Source: an uncultured delta proteobacterium (lineage in GTDB: Bacteria; Desulfobacterota; Binatia; UBA9968). From it: a DNA stretch of 64,000 bases. This document shows positions 50,769-60,502 of this stretch, piece by piece; the stretch's first letter is position 1, and each line of letters starts with the position of its first letter. Under the pieces are notes generated by a model. The model saw only the letters and a list, made by a program, of their open reading frames with translations. It was not told the DNA's origin and searched no databases. The stretch is from contig CAWFJP010000017.1 in NCBI GenBank assembly GCA_963816145.1, positions 64,001 to 128,000 on the forward strand. The letters run 5' to 3'. A program made the translations under genes and the position numbers.

Positions 50769-51200
50769 ATGACGGTACCCGTGTGGATGCTGGTGGGATT
50801 CGCCGCTTGGACTATGCTGTTGTTGCTCGCCACGGTTGGGGTCTACCGTTGGAGTCGGATTCTGACGGGACGTGTGCCGATACGCAGCTTCCGCGCTGAT
50901 CAGGTTGAGGGAGCAGATTGGTATAAGCGCGCTATGCGGGCACACGCCAACTGCGTCGAAAACCTGCCGGTTTTTGGCGCCATTGTTTTCGGCCTGTACG
51001 TCGGCAACGTGACCAGCGCCTTTGTCGATGCGCTGGCAGTCGCGGTGCTAGTTGCCCGCATCATGCAATCGCTGGTGCACGTATGTTTCGTTCAGACCAA
51101 CTCCGTGACATCCGTACGCTTCGGGTTTTTTTTCGTGCAGATCGTCAGCTTTCTGTGGTTGACTGGGATCCTGCTGACCCAAATGAGTGGAAGCGCATAA
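50769..51200 (+). CDS. MAPEG family membrane protein
   Basis: 'RAMRAHANCVENLPVF', 'ARI'; TM helices. Confidence 0.85.
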   Translation: MTVPVWMLVGFAAWTMLLLLATVGVYRWSRILTGRVPIRSFRADQVEGADWYKRAMRAHANCVENLPVFGAIVFGLYVGNVTSAFVDALAVAVLVARIMQSLVHVCFVQTNSVTSVRFGFFFVQIVSFLWLTGILLTQMSGSA

Positions 51201-51222
51201 CAACCGGTTCCAGCGGGCCGTG

Positions 51223-52335
51223 ATGGATATGGATAAACTATTCGGCAACATTATTTTCCGCCAGCTGTTCGACGCGACGTCGTCGACCTATACCTACGTG
51301 GTGGGCGACCCGCAAAGTCTGCAGGCCGTAATCATCGACACAGTCTTCGAGCAGCACTTCCGCGATCGCGCGCTGCTGGAGGAACTCGGCTTGAAGCTGC
51401 TCGCAGTACTCGACACGCACTGTCACGCCGACCATGTGACCGGCGCGTGGTTGATGCAACAGGCGACCGGCTGCCGGATCGGCATTTCGAAGCGCTACGG
51501 GGCCGCCGTGCAGGGGGCGGACCTGCGATTCGATCATGGCGATCGGGTGGCCTTCGGGGAACGCTATTTGGAAGTGCGCGCGACGCCCGGCCACACCGAC
51601 GGCTGCGTCACCTACGTGACCGATGACCACCACATGGCGTTCACCGGCGACTGTCTGCTGATCCGCGGCGCTGGCCGCTGCGATTTCCAGCAGGGCAACG
51701 CCGGCACACTCTACCGCTCGATCACCGAGCAGATCTTCAGTCTGCCGGACGACTCGCTGATTTTTCCCGGCCACGACTACAGTGGCCGCACTATGTCTTC
51801 GGTGGGCGAGGAGCGAGCGCACAATCCGCGCATCGGCGGCGCTGCCGATGAGCGCGACTTTGTCGGCTTCATGGAAAACCTCAACCTGCCGCATCCCAAG
51901 CAGATTGACGTCGCCGTGCCGGCCAATCTGCGCTGCGGCAAGCCGGAGAATGAAACAGTGCCACGACCGGCCGACTGGGGGCCGGTGCGGCGGAGCTACG
52001 CGGGGCTGCTCGAGATCGACCCGGAGTGGGTCGCCGAGCATATCACGGAAGTCCATGTGCTCGACGTGCGCCAACCCGAAGAACTGGCGGACAAGCTGGG
52101 CCGCATCGCCACGGCTCAATGTGTCCCGTTAAACCAACTGAGAGACCGCCTGGCGGAAATTCCCAAGGACAGGCCGGTGATTCCGGTGTGCCACGCAGGG
52201 ATGCGTTCCGGCCAGGCCACGGTCATCCTTCGCGATGCCGGGTTTCCTCGGGTAGCCAACCTGCATGGCGGCATGCTTTTGTGGCAGCAGATGGGGCTGC
52301 CGGTAGTGCGTAGCACAGGTCCTTTATCTGAGTAG
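51223..52335 (+). CDS. Persulfide dioxygenase (ETHE1-like MBL fold) fused to rhodanese
   Basis: 'FRQLFD..SSTYTY', 'THCHADHVTG', 'TPGHT.GC', 'GRCDFQ', 'PGHDY'; rhodanese 'LDVR', 'CHAGMRS', 'L.GG...W'. Confidence 0.9.
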   Translation: MDMDKLFGNIIFRQLFDATSSTYTYVVGDPQSLQAVIIDTVFEQHFRDRALLEELGLKLLAVLDTHCHADHVTGAWLMQQATGCRIGISKRYGAAVQGADLRFDHGDRVAFGERYLEVRATPGHTDGCVTYVTDDHHMAFTGDCLLIRGAGRCDFQQGNAGTLYRSITEQIFSLPDDSLIFPGHDYSGRTMSSVGEERAHNPRIGGAADERDFVGFMENLNLPHPKQIDVAVPANLRCGKPENETVPRPADWGPVRRSYAGLLEIDPEWVAEHITEVHVLDVRQPEELADKLGRIATAQCVPLNQLRDRLAEIPKDRPVIPVCHAGMRSGQATVILRDAGFPRVANLHGGMLLWQQMGLPVVRSTGPLSE

Positions 52336-52398
52336 AGAAATCTATCGGAAGTCTTTTCTTTTTTTGCGCCGGAAGTAAAAAGAGTTCCCCGTTCTTTT

Positions 52399-53391
52399 CT
52401 AGCGGCGCAGGTTCGCCGATTTCAGCACTTGCGGATTTACGACGTCAATCGGAGTACCGGCAGCATAAGCGACGATCTGGTCGAAAATGTCCGAAAATTG
52501 GACCTCGTACTCTTCTCGTGTGACATAGCCGATATGCGGCGTGCACACCACGTTATCCATAGCGAACAGTGGATAACTAAGGTCGAGAACCGGCTCCTGT
52601 TCATAGACATCGATGGCGGCCAAAGCGGGCCGACCGGCTTTGAGAGCGGCAATCAACGCGCCGGGCTGGATCAGACCAGCGCGACTGGTATTGACCAACA
52701 AAGCGGTCGATTTCATGCAGGCAAGGTCCTGGTCCGTCACGATGCCGCGGGTTGCTTCGACCAGTCGCATGTGGAGCGAGAGCACGTCACACTCCGAAAA
52801 GAACTGCTCCTTGCTGCGCGCCGCCGCGTACCCGTCGCTGCGCGCCCGGTTGAGCGAAACCTCCCGCCCCCAAACCAGGATATTCATCCCGAAAGCTTTG
52901 CCGTAACCCGCGACGACGCTGCCGATCCTACCGTACCCGTAAATTCCGAGGGTTTTGTCGCGCAGCCCATTGCCGACGCCAATCTGCCACTTTCCCGCCT
53001 TGAGCGCCGACATCTGTTGCGGCACCTGGCGCATCGCCGCAAGTACCAACGCCCATGTAAGTTCCGCCGCGGCATAAGACGGCGTACCGGCGTGCTGACT
53101 CGACGAAACAACCACTCCCAATTGCGTGCAGGCATCGACATCGATGTGCGGGTAGACGCTGCGTTGGCTTATCAGCCGGAGTTTGTCCAGTCGTTGAAGC
53201 AGCTCCTGGCGGATCGCGGTGCGCTCACGTATCAGTACCAGCACCTCGGTGTCCTGCAATCGTTCGGCAAGCGCGTCTACTTCCTGGACGTGGTCATTCC
53301 AAATTCTGATCTCGTGACCCTCCAGCTTCTTGTAGCATTCGAGCGTGCGGAGAGTGTCGTGATAATCGTCAAGAATGGAAATCTTCATCAT
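52399..53391 (-). CDS. D-isomer-specific 2-hydroxyacid dehydrogenase
   Basis: 'GYGRIG', 'VNTSRA', 'DVY.QEP', 'TPHIGY'. Confidence 0.92.
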   Translation of the reverse strand: MMKISILDDYHDTLRTLECYKKLEGHEIRIWNDHVQEVDALAERLQDTEVLVLIRERTAIRQELLQRLDKLRLISQRSVYPHIDVDACTQLGVVVSSSQHAGTPSYAAAELTWALVLAAMRQVPQQMSALKAGKWQIGVGNGLRDKTLGIYGYGRIGSVVAGYGKAFGMNILVWGREVSLNRARSDGYAAARSKEQFFSECDVLSLHMRLVEATRGIVTDQDLACMKSTALLVNTSRAGLIQPGALIAALKAGRPALAAIDVYEQEPVLDLSYPLFAMDNVVCTPHIGYVTREEYEVQFSDIFDQIVAYAAGTPIDVVNPQVLKSANLRR

Positions 53392-53509
53392 GCGCTCCAG
53401 AAGGGCCAATGGACGTTAGTTTTGGGGCAGCCAAATCGTAAGCCGGTAACGTCCGAGCGCATTGGACCCCCTAGACTAACCGCATCCCTACACCATCACC
53501 TTTACACTT

Positions 53510-54643
53510 TTAGAGTCCGTAAAAGCGCGCTGTGTTATCGACGAGCAGCTTTCGCTTGCTCTCCTCGCTGATATCGTCTCGTTTGAGGAAGACATCGACG
53601 GCGCCGTAGAGGCGGTCCCCGTGCGGGATATCGGAACCGTAAACCCAACACTGGTCGCCGAACTCTTCGATAGCGAACGGCAGTAGTTTCTCATCGACCT
53701 CGAAGCCGAAGTAAATCTGTCCGCGCTCGATATATTCTTTGGGCCAATGCTTGCCGGTGTAACCCCTGTGAAAATCAACTCCGGCGCGCGCGCCGGGGAA
53801 ACCGCTATATTCTTCGATTCGCTCGACCAAAGCGGGCACCCACGAGCAACCGGCTTCGAGAAACGCAATCCGCAAGTTCGGGTAGCGATCGGCGATCCCT
53901 TTGGAGATCACACGGTGAAATGCGAACTGCACGGTCAGCCAAAACGATATCGCCGTCTTATCATGGTGCGTGTCGTTGACCTGGCCGAGCGCGCGAAAAC
54001 TGTGGCCGGTATGGACCGCCACCGGAAGCCCGGTGTCGTTGGCCGCGGCCCAAATCGGCTCCATGGGCGGGTCGTCGATGCGCACGTCTCCGGTGACGCC
54101 GAGAAGCATCACACCTACAGCTCCCAGCTTCTTGCCGCGCTCGATTTCACGAACCGATGCCTGCGGATCGATGGGATCGATAACCGTGACCCACTTGAGG
54201 CGTTCGGGGCATTGGCTGGTCAGGTCGGCGACCCAGCTGTTGTAGGCGCACATCATCGCCACGGCCAATTCCCGATCGTAGGTGATCGGGTAGGAGAGAA
54301 ACATCGTCGGATAGATCACTTGAAGCGCGGTGTTCTCGCGGTCCAATTGTTCTAGGCGCGCTTTGACCGAGCGCATTTCCGCGCTTTCGACCGGGTCATG
54401 GGGACTGATTCCCGGCGTAACCTTCGCCGCGACGCCGTTCCTGCTGAGCGGAAAGCCGGCTTGCTGATAGGGCCCGCTGCGCACCGGAAAAGAGCGGGTA
54501 TCGATCATCCAATACAGCGGGCCGTCCGGTCCGGTCTCTAGAATCGTCGGTCTGCGATCCTTCAATCTAGGATCCCAGTATTTGTCCGAGAACGTAACTT
54601 CGGATTCCGATACATGCCCGTCCGCGTCCCACGCCTTAATCAT
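53510..54643 (-). CDS. Amidohydrolase family 2 protein
   Basis: 'DADGH', 'QVIYPT', 'AYN.W', 'VH', 'FLEAG..W', 'GSDIPH.D'. Confidence 0.88.
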   Translation of the reverse strand: MIKAWDADGHVSESEVTFSDKYWDPRLKDRRPTILETGPDGPLYWMIDTRSFPVRSGPYQQAGFPLSRNGVAAKVTPGISPHDPVESAEMRSVKARLEQLDRENTALQVIYPTMFLSYPITYDRELAVAMMCAYNSWVADLTSQCPERLKWVTVIDPIDPQASVREIERGKKLGAVGVMLLGVTGDVRIDDPPMEPIWAAANDTGLPVAVHTGHSFRALGQVNDTHHDKTAISFWLTVQFAFHRVISKGIADRYPNLRIAFLEAGCSWVPALVERIEEYSGFPGARAGVDFHRGYTGKHWPKEYIERGQIYFGFEVDEKLLPFAIEEFGDQCWVYGSDIPHGDRLYGAVDVFLKRDDISEESKRKLLVDNTARFYGL

Positions 54644-54737
54644 GTGCACCTCTTTGTCCAAACTGAACTTATGGTTCCGTCGGGGTCAAGCGCGCATGGG
54701 TGAATTGGAACCCATTTTCGACGACGGATACCTTTTC

Positions 54738-55646
54738 CTACGCTTTTACCTTCGGCAGCACTTTCTCGCCAAACAAATCCAATTGCCGCGGATTTGGATC
54801 GGCGACGCCGATGATCAGAGTGTCGAGGCCTTTGCTGAGGAAGTATTGGATCTTCTCGACGCATTGATCGGCGCTGCCGACGATGGAGACCGGCTCGACG
54901 GCGGTTCTGATACGGCCGTAGTAGCGCATAGTGTAGTCCTCGACGATTTTCACCGCTTTGGCTTTGTCGTCGTTGATCGCCATGAAGGCGAGACTCGCTT
55001 TGGAAATCTCGTTGGGATTTCTCCCGGCGGCGGCGGCGTAGCTGGCGATCTTGTCCCAGGTGACGTGAAAGTCGGCAATGGCAGCGCTGCCGGAGATAAA
55101 TCCGTTGGCCCAGGTGCCGGCGCGTTTTAGCGCGGCTTCGGCGCTGCCGCCGGTCCACAGCGGCGGATGGGGCTTTTGAATCGGACGCGGCCCGACGCTC
55201 AGGTTTTCAACGTTAAAAAATCTTCCTTTGTGCGTGACGTTGTCTTCGGTCCACAGCCGTTTCATCAATTGCACTTGCTCGACCGCTCGAGTGCCGCGAT
55301 GTTCGTAGGGAATCTCGACGGCTTTGTAGTCGCTGTCACGGCTGCCGAAGCCTAGGCCGATGGTGACGCGGCCGTTGGAAATAAAGTCCAACGTCGAAAT
55401 AATCTTAGCGAGGTGCGCCGGATGGCGCGTGTTGCCGAGTAAGACCGAGGTGCCGAGTCGAATCTTCTGCGTTGCACCGGCGGCGGCGGCAAGTATGGTC
55501 AGCGGTTCAAGATTGTCATAGGCGATGCGGTCGATGGTCCACATCGAGTCGCAGCCCATGGCTTCACACTTTTTGGCGAAGTTGACGACGTTTTCCGGTT
55601 TGGTGAGCGGTGCAGGATTGACCCAGGCGAGTCCGATTTTGGCCAT
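54738..55646 (-). CDS. LLM-class (luciferase-like) flavin/F420-dependent oxidoreductase
   Basis: 'DSMW..D', 'T..IRLGT.VL', 'TLD.IS.GR...G.G.G', 'P.P.Q.PHPP'. Confidence 0.9.
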   Translation of the reverse strand: MAKIGLAWVNPAPLTKPENVVNFAKKCEAMGCDSMWTIDRIAYDNLEPLTILAAAAGATQKIRLGTSVLLGNTRHPAHLAKIISTLDFISNGRVTIGLGFGSRDSDYKAVEIPYEHRGTRAVEQVQLMKRLWTEDNVTHKGRFFNVENLSVGPRPIQKPHPPLWTGGSAEAALKRAGTWANGFISGSAAIADFHVTWDKIASYAAAAGRNPNEISKASLAFMAINDDKAKAVKIVEDYTMRYYGRIRTAVEPVSIVGSADQCVEKIQYFLSKGLDTLIIGVADPNPRQLDLFGEKVLPKVKA

Positions 55647-55785
55647 AGTGTTGTCCTTTCAGATTGACCGTCGAGTCAAAATAGACCAGTCGATCGACCC
55701 TTTTCAAGGATGATCGTCTGCGATATACGACACAGCATAGAAAATAGAAATCGAATCCCGACGCAAACCTAGGAGGAACGAAGTT

Positions 55786-56217
55786 ATGGATGCTTTTACT
55801 TATAAGCTCAAGACGCCAAAGATCACCGGCGGGAGAAGCCACATTCCGCTCGCCGACACGGAATTAATGTCGGTCGGCATTAACTATTATGCCGTTGGCC
55901 GTCAAAACAAACTTCATGCCCATTTTGGCGAGGATCATACCTTCGTCGTATTGGACGGCCAGGCAACCTTCTACAACAAAGACCATCAGCCGACCGTGCT
56001 TAACAAAGGCGAGGCGATCATGTTGCCAGTGGGTTGCCTTTACTACTTTGGAAATTCCGGTGACAAGCCGTTGGCGCTGTTGCGGGTGAGTGCGCTCAAG
56101 GGCAAGCCAGAATTCACCCGTGTAGACGCTGAAGGTAACAAGAGAACTGAAGTGGAAGACAAGTACATCACGGTGGACGGCGAGCCGATCCCTGGGCAGT
56201 TCTGGGAACTGACGTGA
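55786..56217 (+). CDS. Cupin domain protein (tandem copy 1)
   Basis: 'LHAH..EDH.F.VL.G...F'. Confidence 0.8.
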   Translation: MDAFTYKLKTPKITGGRSHIPLADTELMSVGINYYAVGRQNKLHAHFGEDHTFVVLDGQATFYNKDHQPTVLNKGEAIMLPVGCLYYFGNSGDKPLALLRVSALKGKPEFTRVDAEGNKRTEVEDKYITVDGEPIPGQFWELT

Positions 56218-56265
56218 TGGCTGTTAGAATCATCGGTTAACGGACAAGCGAAGGAGACTATCGAT

Positions 56266-56700
56266 ATGCAGGCGTCGACATTTAAGCTGAAAACCAATCT
56301 TCTCACCGGCGGCCGCAGCCACACGCCGCTTGCGAAATCCGGCGGCCTGACCATGGGACTTAACTTTTACTCACCGGGTCGAAAGAATAAGCTCCACACC
56401 CATCCCGGTGAGGATCACGCTTTTGTCGTCATCGAGGGGCAGGCGACGTTTTACGACAAGGACAATAAACCCACGGTGCTCAACAAGGGCGAAGGCATCA
56501 TGCTGCCCGACGGCTACTACTATTACTTCGAGAGCACCGGCACGGTACCGCTGGCGATCCTGCGCTCGAGCGCGGCGCGCAAAGACCGACCGGCGGTACT
56601 GCGCGTCGACGTCAAAGGCGACAAGCGCATGGAGGAGGAAGAAGGTTTCGCTGTAGCCGACGGCGAAGCGATCGAGGGGCAGTATTGGGAAATGAAATAG
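56266..56700 (+). CDS. Cupin domain protein (tandem copy 2)
   Basis: 'LHTH..EDH.F.VI.G'; collinear paralog of preceding gene. Confidence 0.8.
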   Translation: MQASTFKLKTNLLTGGRSHTPLAKSGGLTMGLNFYSPGRKNKLHTHPGEDHAFVVIEGQATFYDKDNKPTVLNKGEGIMLPDGYYYYFESTGTVPLAILRSSAARKDRPAVLRVDVKGDKRMEEEEGFAVADGEAIEGQYWEMK

Positions 56701-56827
56701 ACGATTAGTTGCCCTGCGCACCGAAGCTGATCGAATTACATAGAAAAGATTACTTGCCGCACGAGCCGTCGCGCCGGAAGTCGACAACTGATACAACATC
56801 AATATTCACTGGAGTTTTAGGTGAGAG

Positions 56828-57976
56828 ATGAAAATTACCGACGTAAAAACCATTCGGCTGCGCGCGGCAATACCGACCGCAGGACAGGTGTTCAGCCGCT
56901 CCGGCGTGAGAAACACACGGTCGACGACGTTGATCAAAGTAGAAACCGATGACGCCATTTACGGTCTCGGCTCAGCTTCCGGCAATGGTGAACTGATTGA
57001 ATTCATTGTTGCACGCGTGCTGAAGCCGATGCTGGTCGGCATGGATCCGACCGAGATCGACGAGATTTGGGACACCGCATATGTCCGCGGCGGTCATAAA
57101 GAGTTCGGCACCCGCGGCATCGGCGTCGTGGCGCTGAGCGGTGTTGATGTCGCGCTGTGGGATATTCTCGGAAAGGTGCGCGGCGTACCGCTTTATCAAC
57201 TGCTAGGCGGCAAAGTGCGCGACAAAGTGCCGGTGTACGCCACCGCACTTTACCCGGAAGAACCGTCGAAGGTTGCCCGCAGGGCGCGCGACTTTGCCGA
57301 TCAAGGATTTCACGGCGTTAAAATCAAAGTAGGCTTCGATCTCGATCAAGATATCCGTATCGTCCGTGCGGTGCGCCAAGAACTTGGCAAAGATTTCATT
57401 GTCATGACCGATGCCAATCAAGGCTACAGCATCGATGTCGGTATTAAAGCAGCGCAAGCGTTCGCCGATGCCGGAGCATTTTGGTTGGAGGAACCGCTCT
57501 TTGTCGAAGATATTGCCGGACACTCGATTCTGCGCGAACGCGGCAATACGCCCATCGCCGTCGGCGAGAATCTGCATATGACTTATGCCTTTGAGAATTT
57601 TATCCTGCGCGGTGCGGTGGATTTCATCCAACCGGATGTCGCGCGAGCCGGCGGCATCACCGAAATTTGCAAAATCACTGCGCTAGCGGCAAAGCACCAC
57701 GTGCCGGTGTCGTTTCACACCTGGGGCGATGCCGTGGCGCTGGCGGCGAGCGTGCATCTTTCCGCGGCGTTGCAGGACTGCATCGTCATGGAGCTCGACT
57801 ATACTTACAATCCGCTGCGCGATGAGCTGCTCAAGGAGCCGGTGAAATTCGACAAGGGCTTTCTCATCCCGCCCGACAAGCCGGGCTTGGGCATCGACCT
57901 CGATCCGACGGCGGTGCAAAAATTTGCCTTTGCCGGTGGTGAGGATCTGACCATCCGGCAAAAGACGTTGCACTGA
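56828..57976 (+). CDS. Mandelate racemase/muconate lactonizing (enolase superfamily) enzyme
   Basis: 'D.ALWDI.GK..G.PLY.LLGG', 'KIKVG', 'DAN', 'EEP', 'GE', 'QPD....GG'. Confidence 0.92.
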   Translation: MKITDVKTIRLRAAIPTAGQVFSRSGVRNTRSTTLIKVETDDAIYGLGSASGNGELIEFIVARVLKPMLVGMDPTEIDEIWDTAYVRGGHKEFGTRGIGVVALSGVDVALWDILGKVRGVPLYQLLGGKVRDKVPVYATALYPEEPSKVARRARDFADQGFHGVKIKVGFDLDQDIRIVRAVRQELGKDFIVMTDANQGYSIDVGIKAAQAFADAGAFWLEEPLFVEDIAGHSILRERGNTPIAVGENLHMTYAFENFILRGAVDFIQPDVARAGGITEICKITALAAKHHVPVSFHTWGDAVALAASVHLSAALQDCIVMELDYTYNPLRDELLKEPVKFDKGFLIPPDKPGLGIDLDPTAVQKFAFAGGEDLTIRQKTLH

Positions 57977-58196
57977 TAAGCGGTGGCGCCTGCAATTCTG
58001 ACAGCGGCGTAGCTTTTTCGCCGCACACTTCTGTTCTGTAGTTGAAACCTCCTCCCGGATGCAGGCTGCGTGAAACGCAGTCTGCTGGTTATATTGGTAT
58101 TTTTTCGCATTATCACGCCCAATTCTGTCGACGCTTCGGTGGCATGCGACTTGCCCTCTTCAAGGCGATGTTTATCTGTAGCCCGAGGAGGGAAAC

Positions 58197-59846
58197 ATGA
58201 TCGCAACAGCTCGCCGGCAGTTGTCACTTTGCGGCCGTCCGGTTATCGCAACTCTGATTCTCATCGTATTTCTTCTTGGTAACCTGTCCCCGGCTCTGGC
58301 GATGAACGCTACGCGCGGCGGTTCGCTGCCCCAGCCGCTGCCGTTGTTTCCAGCCGACAACTGGTGGAATCTCGATATCAGCAGTTGGCCGGTGGATTCT
58401 AACTCGGCAAATTACATTTCATTCATCAATAATGGGGGAACGCGCAAGCTGCATCCAGACTTCGGTGGCGATTGCGGAACGAATTGCATCTATGGCATGC
58501 CCTACGCAGTGGTGACCAATGTTACCAGCACGGATCTGAAGCCGGTGCAATTTCAATATTGGGATGAGAGCGATGGCGTGAATCTTTCCACCGGAGCGAG
58601 CATACCGTTTTATCCGATTCCACCAGAAGCGGCGACGCAAGATCGATGGATTGAGGGTGGCGCGCCGGGAAACGTCGATCTACGCAGCAGTGAGGATCGG
58701 CATCTGCTGATCGTCGACAAAGATCGCAATCACCTCTACGAGTTGTACAATCTCTTCTACAACACGACCCAGTCACAATGGTACGCCGGCTCCGGGGCGT
58801 TTTTCGATATGAATACCAACAACCGAAGGCCCGATGGTTGGACCTCGGCGGATGCTGCAGGTTTGGCGATTCTCCCTGGACTGGTCCGTTACGACGAAGC
58901 CTACGATCCGACGATAACCGAGATTAAGCATGCTCTGCGGGTCACCGTGCGGGCGACCAATGGTTACGTCTATCCGGCATCCCATCGCGCCGGCTCCACT
59001 GCCGGTGCGTTGCCCATGGGCGCTCGCTTGCGGTTGAAGAACACCGTCGATGTCGCGCAGCGCACCAACGATCCTAACGTGCAGAGAATCTTTCGCGCCA
59101 TGCAGCGTTACGGTTTGATCGTCGCGGACAACGGTTCGGACATGTATATCACAGGAACCTACGATACTCGCTGGAGCAATGACATTCTGAACCCGGCATT
59201 CGCTAACCTGACCGCTAGCGATTTCGAAGTCATCCAACTCGGTTTCAATCCGGCGCTCACAGTTGGCGCTCTTTCTACAGTAACGGTCACGCCTTCGTCT
59301 GTGACTGGCGGAGCCTCGATGACAGGAACGGTTACGCTAACCGGTGCGGCGGCGGCGGGCGGTATCGCCGTAAACCTAGCTAGCAGCATCGCAGCTGCCC
59401 AAGTACCGGCATCGATTACGATTCCAGCAAGTGCGAGCTCGGCGAATTTTACGGTAACAACTTCGTCGGTCAGCACCCTTACCGCGGGAAATATTTCCGC
59501 AAGCTACAACTCCGTGACAAAGTCGGCAGCGATAAGTGTACTACCGCCGGCATCGGCGAGTCTGGCTTCCTTAGCGCTCAATCCGACCACAGTCACCGGC
59601 GGCGCCTCTTCGACCGGGACAGTAACGCTCACTGCACCGGCGCCTTCCGGGGGCGTCGTTGTAAACTTATCGAGCAGCAATCCGAACCGTGCACCGGTGC
59701 CGCCCAATGTGACGATTCCTTATGGTAGCTCAACCGCTAATTTTACGATCACGACAACCAAAGGGAGCCGGAAAATTACCGCAAAAATCACGGCAAAGCA
59801 GGGTGGCGTTATCAAGACCGCAACTCTGACGATTAACCGCCGCTAA
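58197..59846 (+). CDS. Secreted protein: conserved uncharacterised domain + two Ig-like repeats
   Basis: Signal peptide; 'FPADNWWN', 'DRH', 'WTSADAAGL...PGL', 'YG.IVADNG'; two Thr/Ser-rich repeats 'VTGGAS.TGTVTLT'. Confidence 0.75.
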   Translation: MIATARRQLSLCGRPVIATLILIVFLLGNLSPALAMNATRGGSLPQPLPLFPADNWWNLDISSWPVDSNSANYISFINNGGTRKLHPDFGGDCGTNCIYGMPYAVVTNVTSTDLKPVQFQYWDESDGVNLSTGASIPFYPIPPEAATQDRWIEGGAPGNVDLRSSEDRHLLIVDKDRNHLYELYNLFYNTTQSQWYAGSGAFFDMNTNNRRPDGWTSADAAGLAILPGLVRYDEAYDPTITEIKHALRVTVRATNGYVYPASHRAGSTAGALPMGARLRLKNTVDVAQRTNDPNVQRIFRAMQRYGLIVADNGSDMYITGTYDTRWSNDILNPAFANLTASDFEVIQLGFNPALTVGALSTVTVTPSSVTGGASMTGTVTLTGAAAAGGIAVNLASSIAAAQVPASITIPASASSANFTVTTSSVSTLTAGNISASYNSVTKSAAISVLPPASASLASLALNPTTVTGGASSTGTVTLTAPAPSGGVVVNLSSSNPNRAPVPPNVTIPYGSSTANFTITTTKGSRKITAKITAKQGGVIKTATLTINRR

Positions 59847-59934
59847 CCAAGACGACTCTCGCGCCGTCTCACCTGTCTCTGTTCAGTAAACTGTGACGAC
59901 AGCGGACACCGCGCTGACGACGTTATGTCGCAAG

Positions 59935-60012
59935 TGTCATTCTGAGGCGAAGCCGAAGAATCTCCTCGTCGTGGCTGAAAACACCAGATCCCTCGCTGCG
60001 CTCGGGATGACA
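59935..60012. repeat. REP-like palindromic element (TGTCATTCTGAG...CTCGGGATGACA)
   Basis: Imperfect terminal inverted repeat in intergenic region. Confidence 0.65.
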
Positions 60013-60502
60013 ATGTGGAGCATTTGCCCGTTGCGACAAGCTCCCTCAGCGACCAAGAGCACCCTAAGATTTTCGTTGTCGCGGTGATTCCAACTTCGAC
60101 CTGTTGAAATTCGTGTGTTAACTTCTGCACGCCGATTACAGCGAACCCGCGGCGATCGCGTTTCATTCTGGAGAAAAGCAGATGGCACAGTTGTCGGTGA
60201 TGATCGCATTTATAGCGTTGCCATTAACGGTTTACGGTTAGAGCAAGCCAACGTGTTTCTTCTTCATATCTCAATCAAGCTTAGGATGACGTTGATTTTA
60301 TCTCCAGGAAGACTTGGATTTAGCGCGCAAGCATAACCTAAATACACTAGGGCTTGATGATCCCGTTAAATTCGCGCGGTAATTCAAGCCGGACTGGGCG
60401 AAGATATATGTATTTCGTGAGTATCGGAAAGAACTCCTAAGAAATTCGTCGCTTCACTCTCGGTTGTCTTGCCTCGGAGAGCTGTTAAGATTATCCGGCT
60501 CC

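Noticed and set aside
23278-53657. Gene 3'-end duplicates as DGR template/variable repeats
   Set aside because: In the two pairs I aligned (23278/25922 and 44360/53519), mismatches are not confined to adenines of either copy, and there is no reverse transcriptase in the window.
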